A stretch of DNA of 64,000 nt from an uncultured Pseudomonadota bacterium (GTDB lineage Bacteria; SAR324; NAC60-12): NCBI GenBank assembly GCA_964344035.1, contig CAYFLK010000006.1, forward strand, positions 26,162-90,161, read 5' to 3'. The notes beneath the pieces are model-generated. The model was not told the origin of the DNA. It made no database searches and saw only the letters and a list, made by a program, of their open reading frames with translations. This document shows positions 10,211 to 19,964 of this stretch, piece by piece. Every line of letters starts with the position of its first letter. Position 1 is the first letter of the stretch. The position numbers and the translations under genes are program-made.

Positions 10211-10763
10211 AGCTTCCTTTGCTGGGGTTGATGGATTTCCTGATGAAAATAGGACATTGAGGACATCCTCAGGTGTTTTCTTAAACCCTGGGTTCAAGAA
10301 TTCCCTGCTATTTGGGAGGCGGTTCCTGTCCCGGTTCCTCCAGCGGTGTTTCACTGACTGCGCTGGGGGGTTCCGGAGTTTCCTGCTCCCTCGGAACAAA
10401 GAGAAACCATCCGGGTATGACAATGATGCAGTAGGAAACAATGCCGATGAGAGCCAGAATCAGATTACGCATATACCTCTTGTTGGAAAATTGGGCAGGC
10501 CGACCGGGCCTGCGCGTGGCTCCTGTTTGTACATAACAACCCCACGCGATTTGGTCAAGCCGGCAATTCTACGGAAAGGGTTTTTTTGATATTTTCCGGA
10601 TAAAAAACCCGGTGATGCCAGAATTATTCCCCGGACAGGATTCGGCTGCAACTAGTTTTGCTTTCCCGCCGGTCCGGAAAATGTGGAAACAACTTCTCGG
10701 CGTTGACATTGTTGTTGCATCAATAAATGATTTCCGGGGCAAAAAAACAATCCCGGAATTCTC

Positions 10764-11663
10764 TTGCTGTACACCTGTTCACCGGCGACTGAAGTGCGAT
10801 CCCCGACCCGTTTGGATTTTTTAGTGCTTTTCACCTTGGGAGGATTGTGGGGTTCGTCCTTTGCGGCAATCAAATTCGCATTACTTGGTGTGACGCCGCT
10901 AACAGTAATGACCTGCCGGATCCTGCTTGCCGGGTCCGCGCTGCTGCTGCTCAAGCTGCTGAGGGGCAATTCCTTCCCAAGGAATTTAAACACATGGCAT
11001 GCTATTTTCTGGATGGCGGTGACGGGCATCAACCTCCCTTTTCTGCTGGTACCGTGGGCAGAGCAGCAGATCGCCAGCAGTCTCGCGGCCATCCTCATGG
11101 CCTTCAATCCGATCATCACACTCATCCTGGCGCATTTTTTCAGCGATCATGAACCCTTTACAGCCCGGCATGGAGTCACGGTGCTGTGAGGATTTGCCGG
11201 GGTCGCGCTGCTGATGGGAGTGGACTCCTACACTTCATTCGGGAACAACCTGTGGCCGCAGCTAGCGGTCATTGCAGCCGGGACCGGGTACACCGTATCC
11301 GGGATCATCACTGTCAGGACCCGAGGCGTGTCCGCGGACACCCTGAGCGCCGTCACATTTATGGTCGCGGCCGTCATCGCCGTACCGACATGGATCATCA
11401 TCGATCAGCCGTGGACGATCGATTGGCGCCGGGAATCGTTCTGGGCCTTGATCTACCTCGGCATGGTCACCACCGCGTTGGCTTTTCTGCTGCGCTACTA
11501 CCTGATTATGCGCACCGGGGCGGTTTTTCTTTCCTATGTCGCATACCTGATCCCGATGGTGGGCATTATCCTCGGCGCGCTGATGCTCGGGGAAATGCTG
11601 AAATGGACTGCCTTTGTCGCGATTTTCCTGATTCTGTTCGGGGTTTACCTGGGCAGGAACTGA
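10764..11663 (+). pseudogene. DMT-superfamily (EamA/RhaT-like) transporter interrupted by an in-frame TGA at 11187-11189
   Basis: ORFs 10764-11189 and 11214-11663 share a frame; the junction reads '...HGVTVL*GFAGVALLMGVD', the typical EamA interdomain linker where a Trp (TGG) is expected. Confidence 0.6.
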
Positions 11664-11707
11664 AAGCCTGCCGCATTGGTTTACTCGCCCTCCCCGGAAT
11701 GATTTTA

Positions 11708-12622
11708 TCAATCTATGTGCTGGACGATGTACTGCAAATGTTGACGATTTGTTCCGCAACAACCTCCCAGGATTTTGACGCCGTATTTCCTGTTCAACTC
11801 GATCATCCTGTCTCCCCAATCCGATATCGAATCGGCTTTAAGAGTCGCTGAACCGTCAAGTTGCGTGTGGTCGAGAGATGACCCGTTGGCTTGAAAGCCA
11901 ATTAGACGTGACAAGACATCACGGGGTTGCCTTTGCGCGTTGAGAAACGAAGGATAAGCGCAATTGACCATGAAACCCAGCGGAGGTCGGCGGCACAGCG
12001 AATCTATCTCTCCGAATGCGTCTTCAAGACTGTTCTCATCGAGTATCCTGCCTTCCCTGCCGATTACGAAACTGATGATATAAGGGATCTCTGTTTCCGC
12101 CAAGGCAAGGGCAATGCCTTTCGCTTCGGGGACTGCGGGCAGGGTTGCCGCTTGTACAAATTCCACACCGGCTTCGCAAAGCAGATCAATTTGCCGGGAG
12201 TGAAATGCTTTAGCTTCCTGTGTAGATAATCCTTCCTCGGGCTTGTAACAGTCATTTTTGCAGCCGATCACCCCCCCGATGAAGATGTTTGCGGCCCATG
12301 ACCCCCATCCCTCTCTGAGCTGTTTCACGAACTGCACGTCATCTCCGTTCACATCAGAGGAGATCCCGGCAAGTGAAAGGCGTTCCCGGTTTGCCCGCCA
12401 CGTCGGCGCACATACCGCTATGGGAACATCGGCATCACGGGCAACAGCTATATAATCCTCATAGAGCCCGGACAAAAGCCGTTTGCCGTTTTCATCATAT
12501 ATCAGGAGTGCGTGTTCCAGACGTGGGTGAAGGATAACCTCTCCGGACCTCCGTAGCGTTTCAGTGATGGACGCTTCCGTCAATACCAGGCTTTTGTTTT
12601 CGAGCACATCATGCAGGTTCAT
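11708..12622 (-). CDS. mmuM: homocysteine S-methyltransferase family protein
   Basis: Pfam S-methyl_trans-like; C-terminal 'ILGGCCGTNRQHL' zinc-binding motif; 304 aa. Confidence 0.85.
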   Translation of the reverse strand: MNLHDVLENKSLVLTEASITETLRRSGEVILHPRLEHALLIYDENGKRLLSGLYEDYIAVARDADVPIAVCAPTWRANRERLSLAGISSDVNGDDVQFVKQLREGWGSWAANIFIGGVIGCKNDCYKPEEGLSTQEAKAFHSRQIDLLCEAGVEFVQAATLPAVPEAKGIALALAETEIPYIISFVIGREGRILDENSLEDAFGEIDSLCRRPPLGFMVNCAYPSFLNAQRQPRDVLSRLIGFQANGSSLDHTQLDGSATLKADSISDWGDRMIELNRKYGVKILGGCCGTNRQHLQYIVQHID

Positions 12623-12824
12623 TTTTCCCGGACTTCCTGGTTTCCAACTCCTGTTTCAGCACTCGGCACATCATTTCCAGCACTGCCGGGATTTCACCCT
12701 TTTGCCGCTGAAAGAGGTGAATCAGTTTTTGGTTGGTTTCCAGACTTTCCTGCAACCGTTTTACGTGCAGGGTGCGTGTCAGGCCAATAAACTGTTCGTG
12801 TTCATCATCCAGGGAGGAAGGCAT
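12609..12824 (-). CDS. small hypothetical protein between amidase and mmuM (possibly coupled)
   Basis: 71-aa ORF overlapping the mmuM start by 14 nt; no motif. Confidence 0.3.
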   Translation of the reverse strand: MPSSLDDEHEQFIGLTRTLHVKRLQESLETNQKLIHLFQRQKGEIPAVLEMMCRVLKQELETRKSGKNEPA

Positions 12825-12838
12825 GAGGGATTCCTGTT

Positions 12839-14287
12839 TCAGGCGGATGCAGTACCATCAAGTTCAGGATAATTCCACCCGGATTCACGTTCATAGATAC
12901 TCGCGCATTGAAATAAACGCCCCTCATCAAAAGGATGTCCGACAAGTTGAAACCCCGTAGGCAGCCCGTTGGCGGTATGCCCCGCCGGAACCGTAAGGGC
13001 CGGCAGTCCCAGGTAGTCAAATGGTCTGGTGCAGTGTCCGAGCTGGTTTATGTATTCCAGGAATCCCGGATTCGCTTTCAGGTCAGATTCCGCTAGGGTC
13101 GGCACGGGCAGAAGCGAAACCGGCGCGTGGAGAATATCAGCTTTTCCCAGTACCTCCTGGAGGAACTCCTCCAACACCAATTTCCGCAGGTTGAGGGCTT
13201 CTAAGTAATCCGTCGCCGGATAGAGCAGTCCGGCCATGAATCTTTCCCGGGTTTGAGAACCGTACTCCTCCGACCGTTCGCGCAGCCAGTTACTGTGGAT
13301 GGCGGCGCCTTCAGCGCCGGTGATGAGGTTGACCATCGCGTTACTGATTGAAAAACTCTCCGGCATTTTAACTTCTACCAGTTCGGCCCCCGCCTGTTTG
13401 AACACATCCAGGCTATGTTCCATGCATACACGAACCTCGTCATGCAGGCCCTCCGTGAAGTAGGATGCGGGAACGCCCAGCCTGATGCCCTTGATGCTGT
13501 TTCGGATGTTTGAAGTATAATCCGTGACAGGTTTTGCGGCGCAGGTGGGGTCGTCAGGATCCGCGCCGCTTATTTCCCTGAGAATCAAGGCAGCGTCCGC
13601 CACTCCTCGAGTAAGGGGGCCGACGTGATCAAGGCTGGCCGCCAGCGGCATCACCCCGAAGCGGCTGACGCGGCCGTAGGTCGGTTTCATTCCCACCAAC
13701 CCGCAGCATGATGCGGGGAAACGGATAGAGCCGCCGGTGTCGGACCCCAACGCGCCGTAGATCAAGCGTCCACCAACCGCAGCAGCGGGGCCGCTGGACG
13801 AACCCCCGGGGATGTATTCCACATTCCAGGGATTGCGCGTGTTGCCGTGGACTTCGTTGTGTCCGGTCAACCCATACGCGAATTCCACCATTTGCAGCCT
13901 CGCAATGTCCAATGCGCCCGCGGCATCGAGCCTCCGCAGCGCGGTCGAGGTCACTTCAGGGACAAAACCAGCGCGTATTCTGGAACCGCATCCGCTGATG
14001 CGCCCCCGGCGATAAAACATGTCCTTGTGGGCAAGCGGAACCCCGTGCAGGGCCCCCCGCAAGCGTCCGGAGGCAAGCTCCGCGTCAGCTGCTTCCGCGT
14101 CTGATAATGCCTGCTCCGCATCCATTCCGGCGAGGCAGTTGAGTTTTGGATGTAGGTTTTCCAACCGTTCCAGACAGTTGCGCGTAAGTTCAACGGACGA
14201 TACCTTTTTGCCGGCAACGGCCTCGGCTGCTTCGGCAAGGGTCAGACTGGATAGCGCCTCATCCGCCATCGCTGATTCCGTTTTCAT
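12839..14287 (-). CDS. amidase-signature family amidase (GatA-like)
   Basis: 'GGSSSGPAAAV' and 'GSDTGGSIRFPAS' amidase-signature motifs. Confidence 0.85.
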   Translation of the reverse strand: MKTESAMADEALSSLTLAEAAEAVAGKKVSSVELTRNCLERLENLHPKLNCLAGMDAEQALSDAEAADAELASGRLRGALHGVPLAHKDMFYRRGRISGCGSRIRAGFVPEVTSTALRRLDAAGALDIARLQMVEFAYGLTGHNEVHGNTRNPWNVEYIPGGSSSGPAAAVGGRLIYGALGSDTGGSIRFPASCCGLVGMKPTYGRVSRFGVMPLAASLDHVGPLTRGVADAALILREISGADPDDPTCAAKPVTDYTSNIRNSIKGIRLGVPASYFTEGLHDEVRVCMEHSLDVFKQAGAELVEVKMPESFSISNAMVNLITGAEGAAIHSNWLRERSEEYGSQTRERFMAGLLYPATDYLEALNLRKLVLEEFLQEVLGKADILHAPVSLLPVPTLAESDLKANPGFLEYINQLGHCTRPFDYLGLPALTVPAGHTANGLPTGFQLVGHPFDEGRLFQCASIYERESGWNYPELDGTASA

Positions 14288-14492
14288 CCGCGGAACATGC
14301 ATTCCGGGAAAGCGAATGTGCGAACCCCGAAGGTTCAGATTCTAAGGGCAGGCGCCGCAGAAAAGGCTGTTTGACTGCCAGCAATCCGGATATAGTGCTG
14401 AGCACCCTGCGCAGGCGGAGGGAGTCTGGGTCCCAACCCCGTGCATGCGCCCAGTCCGTCAGGATGGATTCGATCGAGGCCTGCATGCCGAC

Positions 14493-17036
14493 TCAACGTT
14501 TCTGAAACTGCTTGACCTGGTCCAGTCCGCGCTGGATCTCGTTTTCTACCACCGATTCCGGAGAACCCATCGCCCTTCCCAGTTCTCTCAGCAGTGTCTG
14601 TTCCTGCGGATCAAAATCGCGGTCAACGGTGGCAATGTCGGTCAGTTCCCTGAGTATGCGGTTTTTGTCCTCGTCGGATAAACCGAATACATTTCCGGGC
14701 TCGATTTTGCTGCCTAACAGGATGGCTTCCTCAAGCTGCCGCACATGTTCAGGGTTTTCGAGAATGTGGATTGCGCCGTGAAGGTAGGTACGTTCATAAA
14801 GATCGATCCGTTCGTCTGCCATGATCATCTGGGTGATCGCTTTGGCATACCAGAATTTCTGATCCTCGTTTAAGTGGTCCATCAGCACCATGTTAAGTTG
14901 CTTGTCCGACTCACGGAACTGCGCTTCGCTTTCACGCAGGACTTTGATCGACTTCAGCGCCTTCTGTGCGCCGTCATTGCCGTCAACCGCCGCGGCACGG
15001 AACCAGTAGTAGGCCTCATCCACGTTTCTGGGCACGCCTTGGCCGTGGAAATTCATGATGCCAAGATTGTATTTCGCACGCGCGTTGCCCTTGATCGCCG
15101 ATTCAAGGAAAAGCCGGTAGGCTTCCATCGGTTCGCCTTTCTGTTTGGTAACCATCACCCCTTTGCGGAACAACTCGTCCGCATCGGTTTTTTCCATTTC
15201 CTCGAACTCCATCCCTTCTTTTAATCCGGCCGCCTCCGGTTTGCGCAGCACACCCAGAAAATGGGGCAGGTAGACATCATCCTCGATCGGCTGATCCGTG
15301 CGCGCCATAAACAGCAGCGTGTCTCCGGCAGCCACCAGGACATCGTTTCTCGGGTTGAGGAGCATCCTCCCGTTTTCCCCTCGGATCAAGGCAACGGGAA
15401 GATGTGATAGGGTTTTTTTCATGTGCACGATGGTATCAACCCATGGGCTGGCCTGCCATTTCGGACTGAGTTTCCGGGAAAACAGGCTTTCGCTGGACGG
15501 TTCTCCGGAGATCACACGTTCGATCAACACACCCGCGCCGGGGTGCACCGCGGTTTGTGACAGCACCGGTGCGGTCAGTTCATTGGCGCTGATGCTGAAG
15601 TCACAGCCGGCCCTTTCCAGCTGCTGGTCGAAGTCCGTTTCGCGGTAGCTGGCTATGGTAAAAATCGTTCCCCCGGTCGATTGCTCCATCTCCAGCACTG
15701 CCATCAGGGTCAGACCGTCGTGCAGGTGATCGACGAAGGCGACCTTCGCTTCAGTGGCCCGCGCGCGCGCGAACGATTCCGCGGAATATGAAACAGCCTG
15801 GATCCATTCAACGCGCAGGGATTCCGGAATCGAATCCAGCAGTTCAAGCTCGGAGACGACGACCACCTCTTCGTCATTTGAAAGGTAGGACAATTCGAGC
15901 AGCAGACGTTCGATGAAATACCGGTTGTCAGAGGAGATGACGATGTGTCCATGCGGGGCGATGTCTTCCGAGCCCGGAAATGCTATTGCGTCGTCAAGCC
16001 CGTCTCCTTCGGGACGGTCCGTGGCGGGCACCTGGATGAGGACCCTGTGTTTTTCAGTCAGCATCAGTTCCGATTCCGGATTGACCATCACCGAGGTGTC
16101 CTCCACCAGTCCCATCGGCAACAGGCCCTTGTGCCGTTTCATTTTTTCTATGTAATCAAGCCACGATTTGCCGATCACGTCTTCCGGGAGGGGATGGTTT
16201 TCCAGGGTCGGAGTGTCCGATTTCTGCACCCGCGAGCCATACTGGCTTTCTGACCCGCGCAGGATCAGTTGCAGGATCCACCACGGGGTGCCCTGTGATC
16301 GGTATGCGCTGACCATCATCGGCACATAAAGCGTGTATGGATCCATAGCGTGATCGCAGCCGACTTCTTCAAAATGCTGCCGTTTCTCCTGGCCGATGTA
16401 CTGCGCCATGGTGATCGCGTCTCCGATGGTGAGGCTTTCGATCTGCATCACCGTCATCAACGCCTGGCTGTCGTCTGAATATGAAACGTATGCGATGTAA
16501 GCGTGTTTCGCGGAAGCCTTGCGCAGGATATCGTTTCTGTAGCCGTTTCCGGAAACCCACGGTATTTTCTTGAACTGAGTATCGGTGAGCAGGGGATGTT
16601 CGGAAAACGGGCAGACCAGCGCAACACGGTTCTGCCGCACAAACTGACGGTTTTCCTCCAGGATTTCCCGGATGAATACCACGTCGTCTGAACAGATCAG
16701 CACGTGGTTCTGCATCTTCACTTCATCCAGCCCCCGCTCCTTCGTGCCGCGAAACGAGTAAAACAGATTGGAGACAAGGGAGATGATGATCGACATCTGT
16801 ACAATCCCGCCCGCCATCACCAGGAAGCTGAAGAGTTGGCCAGCCGGAGTGACCGGGGACATATCACCGTACCCTACAGTGGTAATCGTCACTACCGTCC
16901 ACCAGAGGCTACTGAACAGGTTGTTGAAAGCGCTTCCCTGGTCACCTGTGATCACGTATTCCAGGATCCAGATGCCCAGGGTTGAAACCAGCAGCAGCCC
17001 CGGCAGGGCGATCAGAAGAAGTAATCGGACCTTCAT
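14493..17036 (-). CDS. potassium channel fused to RCK/TrkA-like domains, Sel1 repeats and C-terminal TerB-like domain
   Basis: Pore helix and selectivity filter 'TITTVGYGD'; two transmembrane segments; about 500 aa of RCK-like region; Sel1-like 'YNLGIMNFHGQGVPRNVDEAYYWFRAAA'; C-terminal 'IMADERIDLYE...DIATVDRDFDPQEQTLLRELGRAMG' is TerB-like. Confidence 0.8.
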   Translation of the reverse strand: MKVRLLLLIALPGLLLVSTLGIWILEYVITGDQGSAFNNLFSSLWWTVVTITTVGYGDMSPVTPAGQLFSFLVMAGGIVQMSIIISLVSNLFYSFRGTKERGLDEVKMQNHVLICSDDVVFIREILEENRQFVRQNRVALVCPFSEHPLLTDTQFKKIPWVSGNGYRNDILRKASAKHAYIAYVSYSDDSQALMTVMQIESLTIGDAITMAQYIGQEKRQHFEEVGCDHAMDPYTLYVPMMVSAYRSQGTPWWILQLILRGSESQYGSRVQKSDTPTLENHPLPEDVIGKSWLDYIEKMKRHKGLLPMGLVEDTSVMVNPESELMLTEKHRVLIQVPATDRPEGDGLDDAIAFPGSEDIAPHGHIVISSDNRYFIERLLLELSYLSNDEEVVVVSELELLDSIPESLRVEWIQAVSYSAESFARARATEAKVAFVDHLHDGLTLMAVLEMEQSTGGTIFTIASYRETDFDQQLERAGCDFSISANELTAPVLSQTAVHPGAGVLIERVISGEPSSESLFSRKLSPKWQASPWVDTIVHMKKTLSHLPVALIRGENGRMLLNPRNDVLVAAGDTLLFMARTDQPIEDDVYLPHFLGVLRKPEAAGLKEGMEFEEMEKTDADELFRKGVMVTKQKGEPMEAYRLFLESAIKGNARAKYNLGIMNFHGQGVPRNVDEAYYWFRAAAVDGNDGAQKALKSIKVLRESEAQFRESDKQLNMVLMDHLNEDQKFWYAKAITQMIMADERIDLYERTYLHGAIHILENPEHVRQLEEAILLGSKIEPGNVFGLSDEDKNRILRELTDIATVDRDFDPQEQTLLRELGRAMGSPESVVENEIQRGLDQVKQFQKR

Positions 17037-17257
17037 CCTAAATTCCTTGAAACAGATGGGAGGAACTGCCTTACCTTCAACGGCACAGACAGTTTATGAT
17101 GTGGGTTTTCTTTGACGTTATCCATGAGGGGAACCTCGATTCACTAGGCCCGGCACAGTCACCGCAAACAGTTCGAAAGCTAGCGGAAGCCCGGGCGAAA
17201 AACAAGAGCAAAGTCCGTGCCGATAATGCATAAGAGCTGAATGCGGCCGATCCCCGT

Positions 17258-18718
17258 TCACTCCAAACGGGTCCGATTGACGGCGGGGCGTGTCATAAGG
17301 GAGGAGACCAGCGCGGCCGCGTAAAAGCCGATGATCACCAGGTATGAAACTTTCCAGGCGTGTATGAATGCTTCCATTGATCCAGAAACTTGACCTACCT
17401 GGGACAACTCCAGGTTGAATCCTGCTGAAGCCATAACCGCGGTGATCACTGCCGTCACGGTCGCCTGTCCGATGACGTTTCCCGTGTTCCGTGTCAGATT
17501 TACCAGCGCTCCGACTGGTCCCAGGCTTGATTTCGGCGTGGAATTCATTGTGGACACCAGGTTTGGGGTGGCCCACAGTCCCATTGAAACCCCGTTGACA
17601 AACAGGACACTGAGAATTAAGATCATCGAAGTCTTCTCATCAAAAAATGCCATTCCCAATCCGCTGATAATGGCGATCAGAAACCCGATGATCATGTAAC
17701 GGTCGGGGTCATGGCGGTCTGACAACCGCCCTCCCGCCTGGGCCCCGATGCCCATCCCGATAGCGGCGACCAGCATGATCATCCCGATCATGCCTGCATT
17801 GATTTGCTTGATGTTAAGCAAAAAAACCGGGAGTAGAAGAAAGGAAGCGGCGCGGCTCATGAAACCCAAAACACGCGTGATTGACGCGTAGCGGAAAACC
17901 GGATTGGCAAACAGTCTGATGTCAATAATTGGGGAGCGTGTTTTACTTTCAACCGCCGCAAACCAGATCAGCAACAGTAGACTGAGCAGCAGACCTCCGA
18001 ACATCATCAGCCGTGGGTTGTCCGGACGGAAGGGGTTGTTGATGGTGAGCACGAAAACCAGCATCAATGCCGCGGATAACACCGCCCCTGGCCAGTCGAA
18101 AATCCGGTCCCGCGCCTGGAATGAACCGATTTTATCGTCGTCAAGTATGAAATAACCCCAGAAAAACGCCGCCGCCGCCGGGATGGCCATCGCAATGAAC
18201 AGCGCCTGCCACGGAAAGAACTGCAACAATATTCCCGCTACCACCGGTCCACTCGCACCGCCGACGGCCACCGCGGTCGTGCTGGCCCCGATCCCTTTCC
18301 CACGTTCCTGTGGAGGAAAAATCGAAACCACGATTGCAGTGCCGACCCCCTGGCCCATTGCCGATCCGACTCCCATGATGACCCGCCCGCCAATCAGCAG
18401 CGCCAGACCTTTCGACAGGGCGCACAAGAGAGCACCCCCGGCAAACAACCCCAGCCCCCAAAGCAGGCACCTCCGACGTCCCACCAGGTCGGAAAAACGC
18501 CCAAGAGGCATTAGTAGAGCAGTCACCGTCAACGAAAAACCGATCACCACCCACGAAACTTCACGCAGAGTGACGTGAAAATCCCGCGCGATCACCGGCA
18601 GCGCGAGGATGTTGATGCTCATGCTCATCACCATCGTCACCAGCGATAACGCCACCGCGAAAAACGCTTTCCACTTGTAGGGGATCCTTCCTTCAGACAC
18701 GGCAGCAACTGTGGTCAT
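17258..18718 (-). CDS. MFS transporter, DHA2 (EmrB/QacA) drug:H+ antiporter family
   Basis: About 14 transmembrane segments; 'GRFSDLVGRRRCLLWGL' MFS motif A; 486 aa. Confidence 0.85.
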   Translation of the reverse strand: MTTVAAVSEGRIPYKWKAFFAVALSLVTMVMSMSINILALPVIARDFHVTLREVSWVVIGFSLTVTALLMPLGRFSDLVGRRRCLLWGLGLFAGGALLCALSKGLALLIGGRVIMGVGSAMGQGVGTAIVVSIFPPQERGKGIGASTTAVAVGGASGPVVAGILLQFFPWQALFIAMAIPAAAAFFWGYFILDDDKIGSFQARDRIFDWPGAVLSAALMLVFVLTINNPFRPDNPRLMMFGGLLLSLLLLIWFAAVESKTRSPIIDIRLFANPVFRYASITRVLGFMSRAASFLLLPVFLLNIKQINAGMIGMIMLVAAIGMGIGAQAGGRLSDRHDPDRYMIIGFLIAIISGLGMAFFDEKTSMILILSVLFVNGVSMGLWATPNLVSTMNSTPKSSLGPVGALVNLTRNTGNVIGQATVTAVITAVMASAGFNLELSQVGQVSGSMEAFIHAWKVSYLVIIGFYAAALVSSLMTRPAVNRTRLE

Positions 18719-18743
18719 GGGTCAATGCATAAATAGTTGACCC
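18719..18743. promoter_or_regulatory. palindrome GGGTCAA-N11-TTGACCC immediately upstream of the MFS start codon, overlapping the left inverted repeat of the insertion-sequence remnant
   Basis: Read directly from the sequence. Confidence 0.35.
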
Positions 18744-19447
18744 TTAATAATGCATTTTATTGTATAATATCATATCATTATGTGCTAGAATAGGTGTACA
18801 TAATTGCAATGTTTTCCCACATTCACCCGCAAAACCCTGCAAATTAATTGCATGAAAGGAAATCCGATGAAAGGGAATTCGCCGGATCCAAATCAAGCAA
18901 GCTTTCTCTTCAATGGACTGAGGGAGCAGCTGAACCCCAGGCATCCGATCTACCAGCCCAGTGAGCACATCGACTGGTCATCCCTGGAGGATGATTTTGC
19001 GAGGCTGTACTCTCGTAGAGGCCGCCCAGCCAAACCAGTGCGCCTGATGGTCTCCCTTCTTCTTTTAAAACAGCTTCATGACCCCAGTGACGATCAGGTT
19101 GTTGAACGCTGGATTGAAAATCCTTACCGGCAGTTTCCCAGTGGTGAGAAAGAACTCCAATGGTCCGCTCCGGTGGCCTCATCGGACCTGACCCACTTCA
19201 GGAAGAGGATCGGCAAGAAGGGCGCTGAGCGAGTACTGAAACTGACGGTGGAACTCTTTGATGAAAAGATCAAATCAGATCAATGTCACCCTGGCCGCTA
19301 CTGCCCACAACCTGAGAAAATGGATCCGGCTCAGGCTGGATCGTTTTTTTGGGCCTTTTTTTAGAACCCTCAAATACAACTATTTACTACACTTTAGTGA
19401 CTCCAGGTCTGCTTTTTATCCAGCTATGAATTTTTAAGGGTCAACTA
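18734..19447. mobile_element. IS5-family insertion-sequence remnant bounded by 14-bp perfect terminal inverted repeats TAGTTGACCCTTAA (18734-18747 and 19434-19447)
   Basis: Inverted repeats read directly from the sequence; interior encodes a truncated DDE transposase; AT-rich. Confidence 0.6.
18849..19364 (+). pseudogene. IS5-family transposase fragment with internal deletion (N-terminal DUF772-like region fused out of frame to the C-terminal tail)
   Basis: 'GRPAKPVRLMVSLLLLKQLHDPSDDQVVERWIENPYRQFF' is the IS5 N-terminal domain; the C-terminal tail '...INVTLAATAHNLRKWIRL' is in another frame at 19290-19350. Confidence 0.6.
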
Positions 19448-19847
19448 AATACTCGTCACTGATGGTTCGTTATAAAAATAGCATAGTGTCTGGTAGAAAA
19501 AGGCGATTTGATAAAAAATGCTTTTTAACACGGAAATAGGGTCAGGTCTTTAATTATATGATTCATGATGATTCCGGCTTTTATGGTGGCTTTTAAGTGT
19601 GAGAGCAAGAATGAAAGAGGATGGCAAGAAAACGAATAGTCCATTACACCGGAGACAATGTAGAGCCCGGGATGGAGTAACCCTGAGAAACGCCGGTCGT
19701 TTTCTGTTAGAACGTGCGAGGAAAGACGCGGAGTTGAAAAATAAAAAATGAGATGAAGGAAATACAAAACATTCTGATGCTCTTTTATTCAATGGAGTGG
19801 AGAATCGTATAATCAAAGGCCTGACCCCATCACAAGCTCCTTGTGCT

Positions 19848-19913
19848 TTGCCGTGGTTTTTCAGAAGCAAGTCCTTCGCCCACGGTTACCGGTATTCTGT
19901 TTCGTTTTGAGGT
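19848..19913 (+). repeat. repeat copy A (about 66 nt): TTTGCCGTGG-N-TCAGAAGCAAGTCCTTCGCCCACGGTTACC...CGTTTTGAGG
   Basis: Aligns with copy B at 20664-20836; contains the CCGTGG/CCACGG stem. Confidence 0.6.
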
Positions 19914-19964
19914 GGTGGGGGAAAGAGAGATTGAGAGGAATGTGTGTTCTGAAGTACCAAAGAG

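Noticed and set aside
10211-10441. Upstream 230 nt of the annotated 173-aa HPF ORF as coding
   Set aside because: HPF homology begins at MSIHL (10210). The upstream translation is Arg/Asn-rich without similarity to HPF, so it is more likely 5' UTR and promoter.
11187-11189. Selenocysteine or alternative genetic code reading of the in-frame TGA
   Set aside because: No SECIS-like hairpin immediately downstream; the Sec position is in a transmembrane linker of a transporter; many genes in the window end in TGA.
11186-11851. Long ORFs (221 and 185 aa) overlapping the EamA transporter in other frames or on the opposite strand
   Set aside because: Arg/His/Gly-rich low-complexity translations typical of out-of-frame reading of GC-rich coding DNA; they overlap a gene with clear family features.
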